The notes: a model not told the origin generated them from the sequence alone. DNA of 64,000 nt from an uncultured Bacteroidales bacterium (GCA_902771935.1 CACXYM010000002.1:54234-118233); one strand, 5' to 3'. Shown: positions 36,898 through 45,349, counted from the stretch's first letter. Numbers and translations are program-made.

Positions 36898-38157
36898 TTA
36901 ATCTTCTGCTTTCTTAAAAATCAAGCACGCATTCAGTCCGCCGAAGCCGAAGTTGTTCGACAATGCATAGCGGATGTCACGTTTCTGCGCCACATTAAAG
37001 GTGTAGTTCACTTTGTAGTCAATACGTTCGTCTTCATCACCTTCTTCGTGGTTGATAGTTGGCGGAATGATACCTGTCTCGAGTGCCTTCACGCAAGCGA
37101 CAGCCTCGATAGCGCCTGCTGCACCTACCAAGTGGCCGGTCATGGACTTAGTCGAATCGAGGTTCATCTCATAAATATGGTCGCCAAACACGGCGCGGAT
37201 TGCACATAATTCAGCGATATCGCCAAGCGGAGTAGATGTTCCATGCGTGTTGATGTAGTCGATGTCAGTCGGTTGTAATCCGGCATCCTCGAGCGCTACT
37301 TTCATTACTCGAATGGCACCTTTGCCTTCCGGATCTGGAGCAGTCATATGGTATGCGTCTGACGTAGCGCCAGCGCCAACCACTTCTGCATAAATCTTTG
37401 CACCACGGGCTTTCGCGTGCTCATACTCTTCCAGAATAAGGCAGGCACCGCCTTCGCCTAATACAAATCCATCACGGGACTTGGAGAAGGGACGGCTAGC
37501 TGTCTCGGGGCTATCGTTGCGAGTGGAGATAGCCCGCATAGCATTGAATCCACCGATACCAGACGGTCTAATATCTGCATCTGCACCTCCAGTGAGCACA
37601 ACATCCGCACGGCCTAAACGCACAGCGTCAAAGGCTTGAGATATGGCGTGTGATGAACTGGCACATGCCGACGACACGATAAACGCCATACCGGTCAAAC
37701 CGAACTCCAACGAAATATGTCCAACGCCCATACTATGCAAAGCTTTGGGAATAAAGAACGGATTGTAGTGTGGCATACCATCACCGGTAGCAAACTCTAC
37801 TACTCCATCCTCAAAACTCTGCAAACCACCCATACCGCTACCCCAGATAATACCTATTCTGTCCTTGTCTTCAGTCTCAAGGTTCAACGCAGCATCTTCC
37901 AATGCTTCTTTTGCGACATAAACCGAGAACTGCGAATAGCGGTCCAAACGGCGTGCATCCTTCGGATCCATAATGCCATCGAAGTTGAAATTCTTCACTT
38001 CACAAGCAAAATGGGTACGAAACTTAGCGCAATCGAATTGGGTGATTTCGCCGGCTCCACTCTTGCCTGCCACCATATTATTCCACGTGGTCGGGAGGTC
38101 ATTGCCAAGAGGCGTCACGGCTCCCAAACCAGTAACAACTACTCGTTTTAATTCCAT
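36898..38157 (-). CDS. fabF: 3-oxoacyl-ACP synthase II
   Basis: ATG 38157 (MELKRVVVTGLGAVTPLG); active-site SSACASS; HGTSTPLGD; GHLVGAAG. Confidence 0.95.
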   Translation of the reverse strand: MELKRVVVTGLGAVTPLGNDLPTTWNNMVAGKSGAGEITQFDCAKFRTHFACEVKNFNFDGIMDPKDARRLDRYSQFSVYVAKEALEDAALNLETEDKDRIGIIWGSGMGGLQSFEDGVVEFATGDGMPHYNPFFIPKALHSMGVGHISLEFGLTGMAFIVSSACASSSHAISQAFDAVRLGRADVVLTGGADADIRPSGIGGFNAMRAISTRNDSPETASRPFSKSRDGFVLGEGGACLILEEYEHAKARGAKIYAEVVGAGATSDAYHMTAPDPEGKGAIRVMKVALEDAGLQPTDIDYINTHGTSTPLGDIAELCAIRAVFGDHIYEMNLDSTKSMTGHLVGAAGAIEAVACVKALETGIIPPTINHEEGDEDERIDYKVNYTFNVAQKRDIRYALSNNFGFGGLNACLIFKKAED

Positions 38158-38174
38158 AACATTATTGTACAATT

Positions 38175-38204
38175 TACGAGTTTACAGTCTCCCGCAAACT
38201 CGTA
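38175..38204 (-). terminator. Intercistronic hairpin between acpP and fabF (possible attenuator or processing site)
   Basis: Perfect 9-bp inverted repeat TACGAGTTT / AAACTCGTA with a 12-nt loop. No strong U tract. Confidence 0.4.
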
Positions 38205-38228
38205 AAGCGCTATTTTTCTTAACTCAGA

Positions 38229-38465
38229 TTAAGCAACAGCCTTCTCAATGTAAGCAACTGCATCGCCTACGGTGCTGATCTTCTGTGTATCCTCGTCCGG
38301 AATAGTGATATTGAACTCTTTCTCAAACTCCATAATCAACTCCACAGTGTCCAATGAGTCTGCATTCAGGTCAGCAGCAAAACTTGCGTCTAAGGTAACT
38401 TGTGATTCCTCAACACCCAGTTTGTCCACAATGATAGCTTTTACTTTCGATTCAATTTCTGACAT
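38229..38465 (-). CDS. acpP: Acyl carrier protein
   Basis: 78 aa; [17 protein letters not shown]. Confidence 0.97.
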   Translation of the reverse strand: MSEIESKVKAIIVDKLGVEESQVTLDASFAADLNADSLDTVELIMEFEKEFNITIPDEDTQKISTVGDAVAYIEKAVA

Positions 38466-38550
38466 AATCGTATAATTTAAAGTTAATAATTTTTCTTCTT
38501 TTCAACTTCGTTGAGCGCAGCGCTTACTACGCATTTTACAAAATCGGCCG

Positions 38551-38582
38551 CAAAAGTACTGCTTTTTTTTCACATACGCAAA
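38551..38582 (-). promoter_or_regulatory. Promoter: -33 TTTG / -7 TACTTTTG (acpP)
   Basis: Minus strand reads TTTGCGTATGTG-AAAAAAAAGCAGTACTTTTGCGGCCG. Boxes 20 nt apart. Confidence 0.7.
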
Positions 38583-38644
38583 TTTTTATGCATTTTTCTT
38601 GCAAAAAGATACATTTTGCTACTCAAACTTGACGAAAAATAACC

Positions 38645-39628
38645 TTACAGACTGAATAGATACTCTATTCCATCGCGAATTTCTTCAACGGTCGCCGTCC
38701 GGTTAATTACCGGTTCGCCAACGCCGCGCAATAACGTGAAAGTAATCGCTTCCTCACTCGCGTTCTTCTTGTCTTTGCGCATCAAATCCACTAACTCATC
38801 CTTCTCTCGACAATTGCATTGGGGACGACCGTAATAATCCAACATCACGCGACTTAACTGCGTCAGCACATCTTTCGGACAACCGGCTTTTATTACACTC
38901 AAATACAACTCCGCTACCATGCCCCACAGCACGCAATAACCATGTCGAGCACGTGTCTTCTCCTCCAAAGCATGTCCAATCGTATGACCGAAATTCAACA
39001 CCTTTCGCAGACCGTTCTCGCGCAAATCATCCGACACAACGCGTTCTTTATACTTTCGGGCAGCATCCACAATAGACATATCCATAACTGACTCACAATC
39101 AGACATAAACCGCTCCATATAGGATACGTACTCATGCCATCTATCTGCACTTTCCAGCAAGCCGCATTTCAAAATCTCACCCCAGCCGGAAAGCATCTCT
39201 TCCACTGGCAACGTGCGCAAAAATGCACCATCCGTCAGAACCGCCTTTGGAGGATAAAAAGCACCAACACGATTCTTCAGACCATTTAGATTAACTGCCG
39301 TCTTTCCGCCAACAGCCGCATCTACCATCGCCAGCAAGGTGGTAGGAATATTGATGTAATCAATTCCTCGCAAATAGGTTGCTGCCACAAATCCGCCCAA
39401 GTCGCAGATACTGCCACCACCGATGTTGATCAGCAACGCTTTCCGTGTCGCACCCTGTTCCGTCAACCAACACCAAACCTTCTCCGCATTTGTCAAACTT
39501 TTAGCCTCCTCGCCGTCTTCCAATTCATAGGACGGAAACGGCATAGGATACGCTACCCTTGCGCTACGGATAACGAACACTTGTTTGGGGTCATATTGAC
39601 GCAAAATAGCATCTAATTGAGCTTGCAT
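38645..39628 (-). CDS. aroB: 3-dehydroquinate synthase
   Basis: GGGSICDLGGFVAATYLRGI and NFGHTIGHALE. ATG 39628 is preferred because the ORF-track start at 39658 lies in the -7 box. Confidence 0.9.
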   Translation of the reverse strand: MQAQLDAILRQYDPKQVFVIRSARVAYPMPFPSYELEDGEEAKSLTNAEKVWCWLTEQGATRKALLINIGGGSICDLGGFVAATYLRGIDYINIPTTLLAMVDAAVGGKTAVNLNGLKNRVGAFYPPKAVLTDGAFLRTLPVEEMLSGWGEILKCGLLESADRWHEYVSYMERFMSDCESVMDMSIVDAARKYKERVVSDDLRENGLRKVLNFGHTIGHALEEKTRARHGYCVLWGMVAELYLSVIKAGCPKDVLTQLSRVMLDYYGRPQCNCREKDELVDLMRKDKKNASEEAITFTLLRGVGEPVINRTATVEEIRDGIEYLFSL

Positions 39629-39655
39629 AGCACCTTTTTTTTCATAAAAACGCCG

Positions 39656-39687
39656 CAAAAATATAACAATTCTTGCACATGTGCAAA
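39656..39687 (-). promoter_or_regulatory. Promoter: -33 TTTG / -7 TATTTTTG (aroB)
   Basis: Boxes 20 nt apart. Confidence 0.65.
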
Positions 39688-39695
39688 AAAAGTAT

Positions 39696-39703
39696 TACTT
39701 TTG
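39696..39703 (+). promoter_or_regulatory. -7 box TACTTTTG (thioredoxin gene)
   Basis: 20 nt upstream of ATG 39723. The -33 element is imperfect (CTTG). Confidence 0.55.
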
Positions 39704-39722
39704 CGCCCAAATTTGGACAATT

Positions 39723-40142
39723 ATGCAACGTAAACTCATTTTAATGGCTCTTGCCGCTTTCTTTGCTCTCGTAGCAAACGCACAAACAGTGAACTACCTT
39801 ACCACGGAGCAGTTCAAACAAAAGGTATTTAACTACACCACTGAAAAAGAGTGGAAATACAAAGGCGACAAACCTTGTATCATTGACTTCTATACCACGT
39901 GGTGCGGACCGTGCAAACGTTTGGCACCCATTATGGAAGAACTCGCTACAGAATACGCAGGAAAGGTGTATTTCTATAAGATGGATGTCGAGAAAGAGAC
40001 CGAAATCGCGCAAGCCTTCAACATAACCAGTTTCCCGCGAATCCTCTATATTCCTAAATCTGGCAAGCCAATGATGCAAATCGGATTGCAACCTAAGGAA
40101 CAAATCAAGGAAATCATTGACGAGCAGCTCTTAACCAAGTAG
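39723..40142 (+). CDS. Exported thioredoxin-fold protein
   Basis: ATG 39723 gives the signal peptide MQRKLILMALAAFFALVANAQ; WCGPC active site. Confidence 0.88.
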   Translation: MQRKLILMALAAFFALVANAQTVNYLTTEQFKQKVFNYTTEKEWKYKGDKPCIIDFYTTWCGPCKRLAPIMEELATEYAGKVYFYKMDVEKETEIAQAFNITSFPRILYIPKSGKPMMQIGLQPKEQIKEIIDEQLLTK

Positions 40143-40145
40143 TTC

Positions 40146-41759
40146 ATGCAAGTAGAGTTTGTTTTACTCGTCCTGTCGCTGCTTTTCTTTGCCAGCATTT
40201 TTACCGACCGCATCGGATATCGATTTGGTGTGCCGGCGTTGTTGATGTTTCTGGCTGTAGGTATTCTTCTCGGTCCAAGCGGATTAGGCGTATGGATCGG
40301 TGTGGAGGATGTGTATAGACTCAATATCGGAACAGCGCAGGCTATCAGTACCATCGCACTATGCGTTATCCTTTTCTCCGGCGGTCTGGATACTAAGATT
40401 TCGGACATTCAGCCTATTATGGCGCCGGGTATCACATTGGCTACTCTTGGCGTGCTCATCACCTGTGTCATTACGGGTGTTTTGGCGTGGATTGTGTTCG
40501 GATGGTTGCATTCGCTTATCACGTTCTCTATTTGGTCTGCACTCTTGGTGGCTGCCACCTTGTCCTCAACTGATTCGGCAAGTGTCTTCTCTATCCTGCG
40601 CACCAATAAAGTCAAACTAAAGCATAACCTGCGGCCTTTGTTGGAATTGGAATCAGGAGCCAATGACCCGATGGCGTATATCCTCACCGTCACACTTATT
40701 GGTATCGTCACTTCCACTACTACCGAGATAGATACACTCGGTATCATTCAAGACATCCTTATCCAACTCGTTATGGGTGCCGTGATTGGTTTTATCTTCG
40801 GTAAAGTGGTTATCTGGCTGCTCAATAAAGGTGCACTGAGCAACGAAAGTCTCTATCCGATTATGGTGCTTACGGCATGTATTTTTATTTTCGCCGTGAC
40901 GTATTACTTAAAAGGTAATCCCTACCTCGCTGTTTATATCGGAGGACTCATTATCGGTAACAGCCGTTTCTACCGCAAGCGGCAGACCAAGGCCTTCTTC
41001 GACGGACTCACTTGGCTCAGCCAACTGGTGATGTTCTTGATGTTGGGTCTGATGGTCAGACCATCCGAACTGCTCGACTGGAAAGTATGGGTCTTCAGTC
41101 TTATCGTCAGCGTCATTATGATTTTCTTTGCACGGCCTATTACCGTTCTGCTCTGCCTGCTGCCGTTTAAGAAGTTCAAGCAGAACGACCGCCTTTTCAC
41201 CAGTTGGGTCGGACTTAAAGGTGCTGTACCTATTATTCTTGCTATCCTCTGCGAAGCTGCTAACGTGCCACATTCCGATATTATCTTCAATGTAGTCTTT
41301 GCTTGCACCCTCATCAGTCTGCTTGTTCAGGGCACAACAATCGGCATCGTAGCAGCCAAACTCAAACTCACTACGCCTCAAGCGCCAGAGCATAAACTGC
41401 GCTATTTTGATATCGACCTGCCCGATGAGATTCAGTCTTCATCCTGGGAACGCGTCGTGGACGAAGAACTGCTTGCTAAAGGCAATAAACTCAAAGACTT
41501 GACTATCCAACCGCATACGCTGGTTATTATGGTACGCCGAGAGGATACTTTCTTTGTGCCTTCCGGCGATACCGAACTGCAATTAGGCGACCAGCTGCTT
41601 GTCATCTCGGACAACAATGCACAGAAAGCAGTACAAGAGCGCGAGGACGAAGAAGCCGAGATTCTCACCCACTGGTGGATGGACTTTGTCGCGCATACCG
41701 GCAAATTTATGCGTGTGCGCTGGAAAAGGCTTATTGATAGTAATAAAAAGAAAAAATAA
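40146..41759 (+). CDS. K+/H+ antiporter (CPA1, NhaP2-like) with a C-terminal TrkA-C domain
   Basis: About 12 TM helices; ESGANDPMAYIL; the C-terminal soluble domain contains LVIMVRREDTFFVPSGDTELQLGDQLLVI. Confidence 0.85.
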   Translation: MQVEFVLLVLSLLFFASIFTDRIGYRFGVPALLMFLAVGILLGPSGLGVWIGVEDVYRLNIGTAQAISTIALCVILFSGGLDTKISDIQPIMAPGITLATLGVLITCVITGVLAWIVFGWLHSLITFSIWSALLVAATLSSTDSASVFSILRTNKVKLKHNLRPLLELESGANDPMAYILTVTLIGIVTSTTTEIDTLGIIQDILIQLVMGAVIGFIFGKVVIWLLNKGALSNESLYPIMVLTACIFIFAVTYYLKGNPYLAVYIGGLIIGNSRFYRKRQTKAFFDGLTWLSQLVMFLMLGLMVRPSELLDWKVWVFSLIVSVIMIFFARPITVLLCLLPFKKFKQNDRLFTSWVGLKGAVPIILAILCEAANVPHSDIIFNVVFACTLISLLVQGTTIGIVAAKLKLTTPQAPEHKLRYFDIDLPDEIQSSSWERVVDEELLAKGNKLKDLTIQPHTLVIMVRREDTFFVPSGDTELQLGDQLLVISDNNAQKAVQEREDEEAEILTHWWMDFVAHTGKFMRVRWKRLIDSNKKKK

Positions 41760-41774
41760 TTAATTCATATTCGC

Positions 41775-43328
41775 ATGAAAACAACCGTTTTCTTAACAGG
41801 TGCAACTGGCACAATGGGATTTGCCGGAATGATGGAAATTCTCAAATATCCCGAACAATATGATTTGCGTATTCTCGCCAGACCCAGTAAAAAAAATAAA
41901 GAACTTCTAACTCCCCTAATCGCTAAACATTCAGCGTTAAACGTTATCTGGGGCGACTTGACTAAATACGAAGATGTACTCAAAGGCGTCACCGGTGCGG
42001 ATATCGTGCTGCACGTAGGCGGAATGGTTTCACCGCAAGCGGATTATCGTCCAACAGCTACACGCAAAACCAATATCACCGCTGCGACCTTTATTCGGGA
42101 CGCTGTCCTGGCGCAGCCGAGCGACAAACAACCCAAAGTGGTTTATGTCGGTTCCGTCGCACAGATGGGGGACCGCCGCGAGCCGCTTCACTGGGGCAGA
42201 ACGGGTGACCCGATCTGCGTCAGCGCGTACGACCACTACGGTATCACCAAGGCATGGGCAGAACGCATCATCACCGACTCTGGTATTAAGACTTGGGCAT
42301 CGCTCCGTCAATCAGGAATACTCTATCCCGCTATCCTCAAGAACTACGACCCTATTATGTTCCACGTGCCCGTGCGCGGCGTGTTGGAGTGGGCTACGGT
42401 AGAAGACAGCGGCAGACTGCTCGAGCGCATTTGCCGACCCGATGTACCTGAAGAGTTCTGGAAGAACTACTACAATATCGGTTCCGGAGCCGAGTACCGT
42501 ATTTCCAACTACGAGTTTGAGTGCCTCCTGCTCGACGCCATCGGATGTCCCAAACCCGAACAGATATTCAACTCCAACTGGTTCACCACACGTAATTTCC
42601 ACGGCATGTGGTACCTCGACAGCGATAAACTCGAAGGCTATCTCCATTTCCGCGAGAACATGCCGATAAAGGAATACTTCAAGAAACTCGCGCAGTCCCC
42701 GTCCGTTCCCGGTGGCATCAAGTTCGCTGCCAAGACCAAAATAGCCAAACTCTTCCCACATCTCGTCAAAATCGGCATGTGGTTCATGGCCATGTCCAAA
42801 GAGCACGGCACACAGTGGTGGATTAAGCACCGCAACGACCCGCAACTCGCCGCAAGATGTCAACAACGCATCAGCGCCTATTATGGTTCTTACGAAGACT
42901 ATCTCGCTATCAAACCGTGGAAACAAATGGACCTCTCTCATAACAGCGAAGATGCTGTCCTGCTTGACCATGGTTACGATGAGACCAAGCCCCTCAATGA
43001 ACTCGATATCACGGATATGAAGGCTGCGGCTAAGTTCCGCGGTGGCAAGTGCCTGTCCAAAACGATGACTAAAGGTGACCTGGATACCCAATTGGAGTGG
43101 CAGTGTGCCGAAGGACATACTTTCAAAGCCTCGCCGCGGCTTATTCTGCTGGGCGGACACTGGTGCCCCGAATGTTTCCCGTGGCCGTATAAGGACGATA
43201 ATCCGCGTCCGTGGCAATGGGACAAGGAAGCCAAACGCAATCCGTTCTTCGCACAACTATGGGCGCCGCTGCATAAACCGGATGAAGATAACACCTATGG
43301 AGCCGACGTCTTCGACGGCTGGGAATAA
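41775..43328 (+). CDS. Extended-SDR (NAD-dependent epimerase-like) protein fused to a C-terminal zinc-ribbon-containing domain
   Basis: FLTGATGTMGFAG Rossmann motif and the YGITK catalytic pair. The C-terminus has WQCAEGHTF...GGHWCPEC. Confidence 0.7.
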   Translation: MKTTVFLTGATGTMGFAGMMEILKYPEQYDLRILARPSKKNKELLTPLIAKHSALNVIWGDLTKYEDVLKGVTGADIVLHVGGMVSPQADYRPTATRKTNITAATFIRDAVLAQPSDKQPKVVYVGSVAQMGDRREPLHWGRTGDPICVSAYDHYGITKAWAERIITDSGIKTWASLRQSGILYPAILKNYDPIMFHVPVRGVLEWATVEDSGRLLERICRPDVPEEFWKNYYNIGSGAEYRISNYEFECLLLDAIGCPKPEQIFNSNWFTTRNFHGMWYLDSDKLEGYLHFRENMPIKEYFKKLAQSPSVPGGIKFAAKTKIAKLFPHLVKIGMWFMAMSKEHGTQWWIKHRNDPQLAARCQQRISAYYGSYEDYLAIKPWKQMDLSHNSEDAVLLDHGYDETKPLNELDITDMKAAAKFRGGKCLSKTMTKGDLDTQLEWQCAEGHTFKASPRLILLGGHWCPECFPWPYKDDNPRPWQWDKEAKRNPFFAQLWAPLHKPDEDNTYGADVFDGWE

Positions 43329-44490
43329 CAAACTACAAACTACCCCATTGTACTTCGACGAATTAGCACTATCTGACGACGTCCTGGACGCATTATGGGA
43401 CATGCACTTTGACGAGTGCACACCCGTGCAGGAGAAAACCATCCCCGTCATTCTTGACGGGCGGGATGTCATTTCGTGCGCGCAGACTGGTACAGGCAAA
43501 ACCGCTGCCTATATTCTGCCGTTGCTCACCAAACTCGCCGAGGACAATCACGATCCCGATAAACTCAATGCCATTATTATGGCGCCTACCCGCGAACTCG
43601 CGCAACAGATAGACCAGCAAATGGAAGGATTCGGCTTTTATGTACCCTTCTCGTCCGTCGCTATCTACGGTGGCAACGACGGTGGCACATGGGGCAATCA
43701 AACTTCCGGTATCACCAAAGGTGCTGACATCATCATCGCTACTCCCGGTCGATTACTTAGCCTAATTAATATATACTCACCCGACTTCTCCGGAGTCAAG
43801 TACTTCATCCTCGATGAAGCCGACCGAATGCTCGATATGGGCTTTTACGACGACATCATGACTATCGTGCGCAAACTGCCCAATCACTGCCAGAAAATCA
43901 TGTTCTCTGCCACCATGCCTAATGATATCCGCAAGATGGCAAGAGCTATCATGCACAACCCCGTAGAAGTCAAAATAGCCGTTTCACGTCCGCCGGAGGC
44001 GATAAAACAACTCGCTATCGACCTGAACGAAGCCGACAAAACCGAAACGATTATATCTCTTCTTACAAACGATGACCTTTCGCCCATAACCCTTAGCCCT
44101 TCGCCCTTAAAAAAAGTGCTCATTTTCGCGGGTAAGAAGCAACGCGTCAAGGAACTGACACATGCTTTGCGCAACAAAGGCATCGACGCAAGACAGATGC
44201 ATTCCGACCTTGACCAGAAAGACCGTGAAGCCGTGATGTTGGATTTCCGCAATGGAAAGGTGCAAGTCCTTGTGGCTACCGATATCGTAGCGCGAGGAAT
44301 CGATGTGGACGATATTCCTTTGGTTATCAATTACGATGTTCCGCATGATGCCGAAGACTATGTGCATCGAATCGGACGAACGGCCAGAGCCGAGAATAAC
44401 GGCACCGCCATCACACTCGTCTCCTACCAGGACAAACGCTTCTTCCAGCGCATCGAGCGCTTCCTTCACAAACAAATCCAACGCATCTAA
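43297..44490 (+). CDS. DEAD-box ATP-dependent RNA helicase
   Basis: Q motif TPVQEKTIP, AQTGTGKTAAY, DEAD, SAT and HRIGRTAR. The start is uncertain: ATG 43297, ATG 43282 and TTG 43348 are all possible. Confidence 0.9.
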   Translation: MEPTSSTAGNNKLQTTPLYFDELALSDDVLDALWDMHFDECTPVQEKTIPVILDGRDVISCAQTGTGKTAAYILPLLTKLAEDNHDPDKLNAIIMAPTRELAQQIDQQMEGFGFYVPFSSVAIYGGNDGGTWGNQTSGITKGADIIIATPGRLLSLINIYSPDFSGVKYFILDEADRMLDMGFYDDIMTIVRKLPNHCQKIMFSATMPNDIRKMARAIMHNPVEVKIAVSRPPEAIKQLAIDLNEADKTETIISLLTNDDLSPITLSPSPLKKVLIFAGKKQRVKELTHALRNKGIDARQMHSDLDQKDREAVMLDFRNGKVQVLVATDIVARGIDVDDIPLVINYDVPHDAEDYVHRIGRTARAENNGTAITLVSYQDKRFFQRIERFLHKQIQRI

Positions 44491-44496
44491 ACAACA

Positions 44497-44527
44497 AAAG
44501 CACAGCCGAAGCTGCGCTTTTGTTTTG
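44497..44527. terminator. Rho-independent terminator
   Basis: AAAGCACAGC-CGAA-GCTGCGCTTT (one mismatch) followed by TGTTTT, between convergent genes. Confidence 0.65.
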
Positions 44528-44545
44528 GTTACCACTAACCGTTCG

Positions 44546-44935
44546 TTACTTGTTCACTACGAACTCTATCTCTTGGTTAGCACCGCGTTTGAGTTTATAC
44601 TCTTTCTGTACCGGGCTTTTTGAACCTAAATCGTAAACAACGAAATAGTACGTCAAGCTAGCAACGGACATCGGCACGTTAAAGGTAACGGTACCCTGGC
44701 TGTTTGTTTCAACATAAGCCCAGTTGCTGTCTTCCAGTCCGATCAGTGCTTCCGGAGTAGGAGGAAGAACGGCCTCGGCAATCAGAGAAGCCTTGTCAGT
44801 GTAGAACACAGCGCGGTCTTTAATCGGGTTATTGGCTTTATCCTTAACGGTTACTGTAACGGAAGCGTTATCCGTTTTACAACCTGTGCAGGCGATGGCC
44901 AATACTGCCATAATGGCAAAAAACACCTTTTTCAT
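44546..44935 (-). CDS. Small lipoprotein, beta-sandwich-like, hypothetical
   Basis: MKKVFFAIMAVLAIACTGC lipobox followed by beta-rich sequence. Confidence 0.6.
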   Translation of the reverse strand: MKKVFFAIMAVLAIACTGCKTDNASVTVTVKDKANNPIKDRAVFYTDKASLIAEAVLPPTPEALIGLEDSNWAYVETNSQGTVTFNVPMSVASLTYYFVVYDLGSKSPVQKEYKLKRGANQEIEFVVNK

Positions 44936-44993
44936 CTTAGTAAAAATTATAGGTTAAACATATATGCGTCCTCTCAAGTGACCTTTCAGCCCG

Positions 44994-45025
44994 CAAAAGT
45001 ACTGCTTTTTAGGGGAATACGCAAA
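44994..45025 (-). promoter_or_regulatory. Promoter: -33 TTTG / -7 TACTTTTG
   Basis: Minus strand reads TTTGCGTATTCCCCTAAAAAGCAGTACTTTTGCGGGC. Boxes 20 nt apart. Confidence 0.7.
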
Positions 45026-45054
45026 TTTTTGTGCATTTTTCTCTTAAAAAATAT

Positions 45055-45062
45055 TATTTTTG
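45055..45062 (+). promoter_or_regulatory. -7 box TATTTTTG with no downstream ORF
   Basis: Canonical TAnnTTTG. The nearest upstream TTTG (45028-45031) is 23 nt away, which is longer than usual. Confidence 0.45.
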
Positions 45063-45069
45063 CACTATT

Positions 45070-45317
45070 ATGCCGCCTATTCGTTACTAACACGAACCGA
45101 TTAATCATCGGCGGGAAGGGACGGAGAGTGCGGGGCTGAATACCCGCGAACGGAACGAAGAGAGTAGCGATTAAGTCATAGTTAGGTCATAGTGGAGTCA
45201 GGCATGAGAACCTATCAGAAACTTATCAGAAACCTATCAGGAACCTATCAGAAGCCTATGCCGGCGGGAAGGGAGCGGGAGAAAGAGAGTCGCAAATCTG
45301 CGGCTCTCTTTCCTTTC
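45070..45317 (+). ncRNA. Candidate orphan non-coding transcript (unclassified)
   Basis: Bounded by the -7 box at 45055 and the hairpin GAGAGTCGCA-AATC-TGCGGCTCTC (45285-45308) plus TTTCCTTTC. No ORF of 60 aa or more. Internal direct repeats and 11-nt periodicity. No match to any RNA family I can recognise. Confidence 0.3.
45175..45262. repeat. 88-nt run of eight 11-nt units
   Basis: GTCA at 45175, 45186 and 45197, then CTATCAG/TTATCAG at 45212, 45223, 45234 and 45245, and CTATGCC at 45256. All sit on one 11-nt lattice. Confidence 0.85.
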
Positions 45318-45349
45318 GCCCATAACCCTTCGCCTTTAAAATCTTTTAT

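Noticed and set aside
42312-43256. A 314-aa ORF antisense to the SDR/zinc-ribbon gene.
   Set aside because: The sense frame has clear Rossmann and YxxxK motifs and a proper promoter and stop context. The antisense product is low complexity with no motifs. Long antisense ORFs are expected in a locally GC-rich third-position region.
45070-45320. tmRNA (ssrA), because the unit is adjacent to smpB and contains GGGGCTGA (45132-45139).
   Set aside because: GGGGCTGA is internal and forms a local hairpin (GCGGG...CCCGC). The unit is only about 250 nt. It has no tag reading frame ending in a hydrophobic ...AA stop, no T-arm GGTTCGAATCC-like sequence, and no 5'/3' acceptor pairing with a CCA end.
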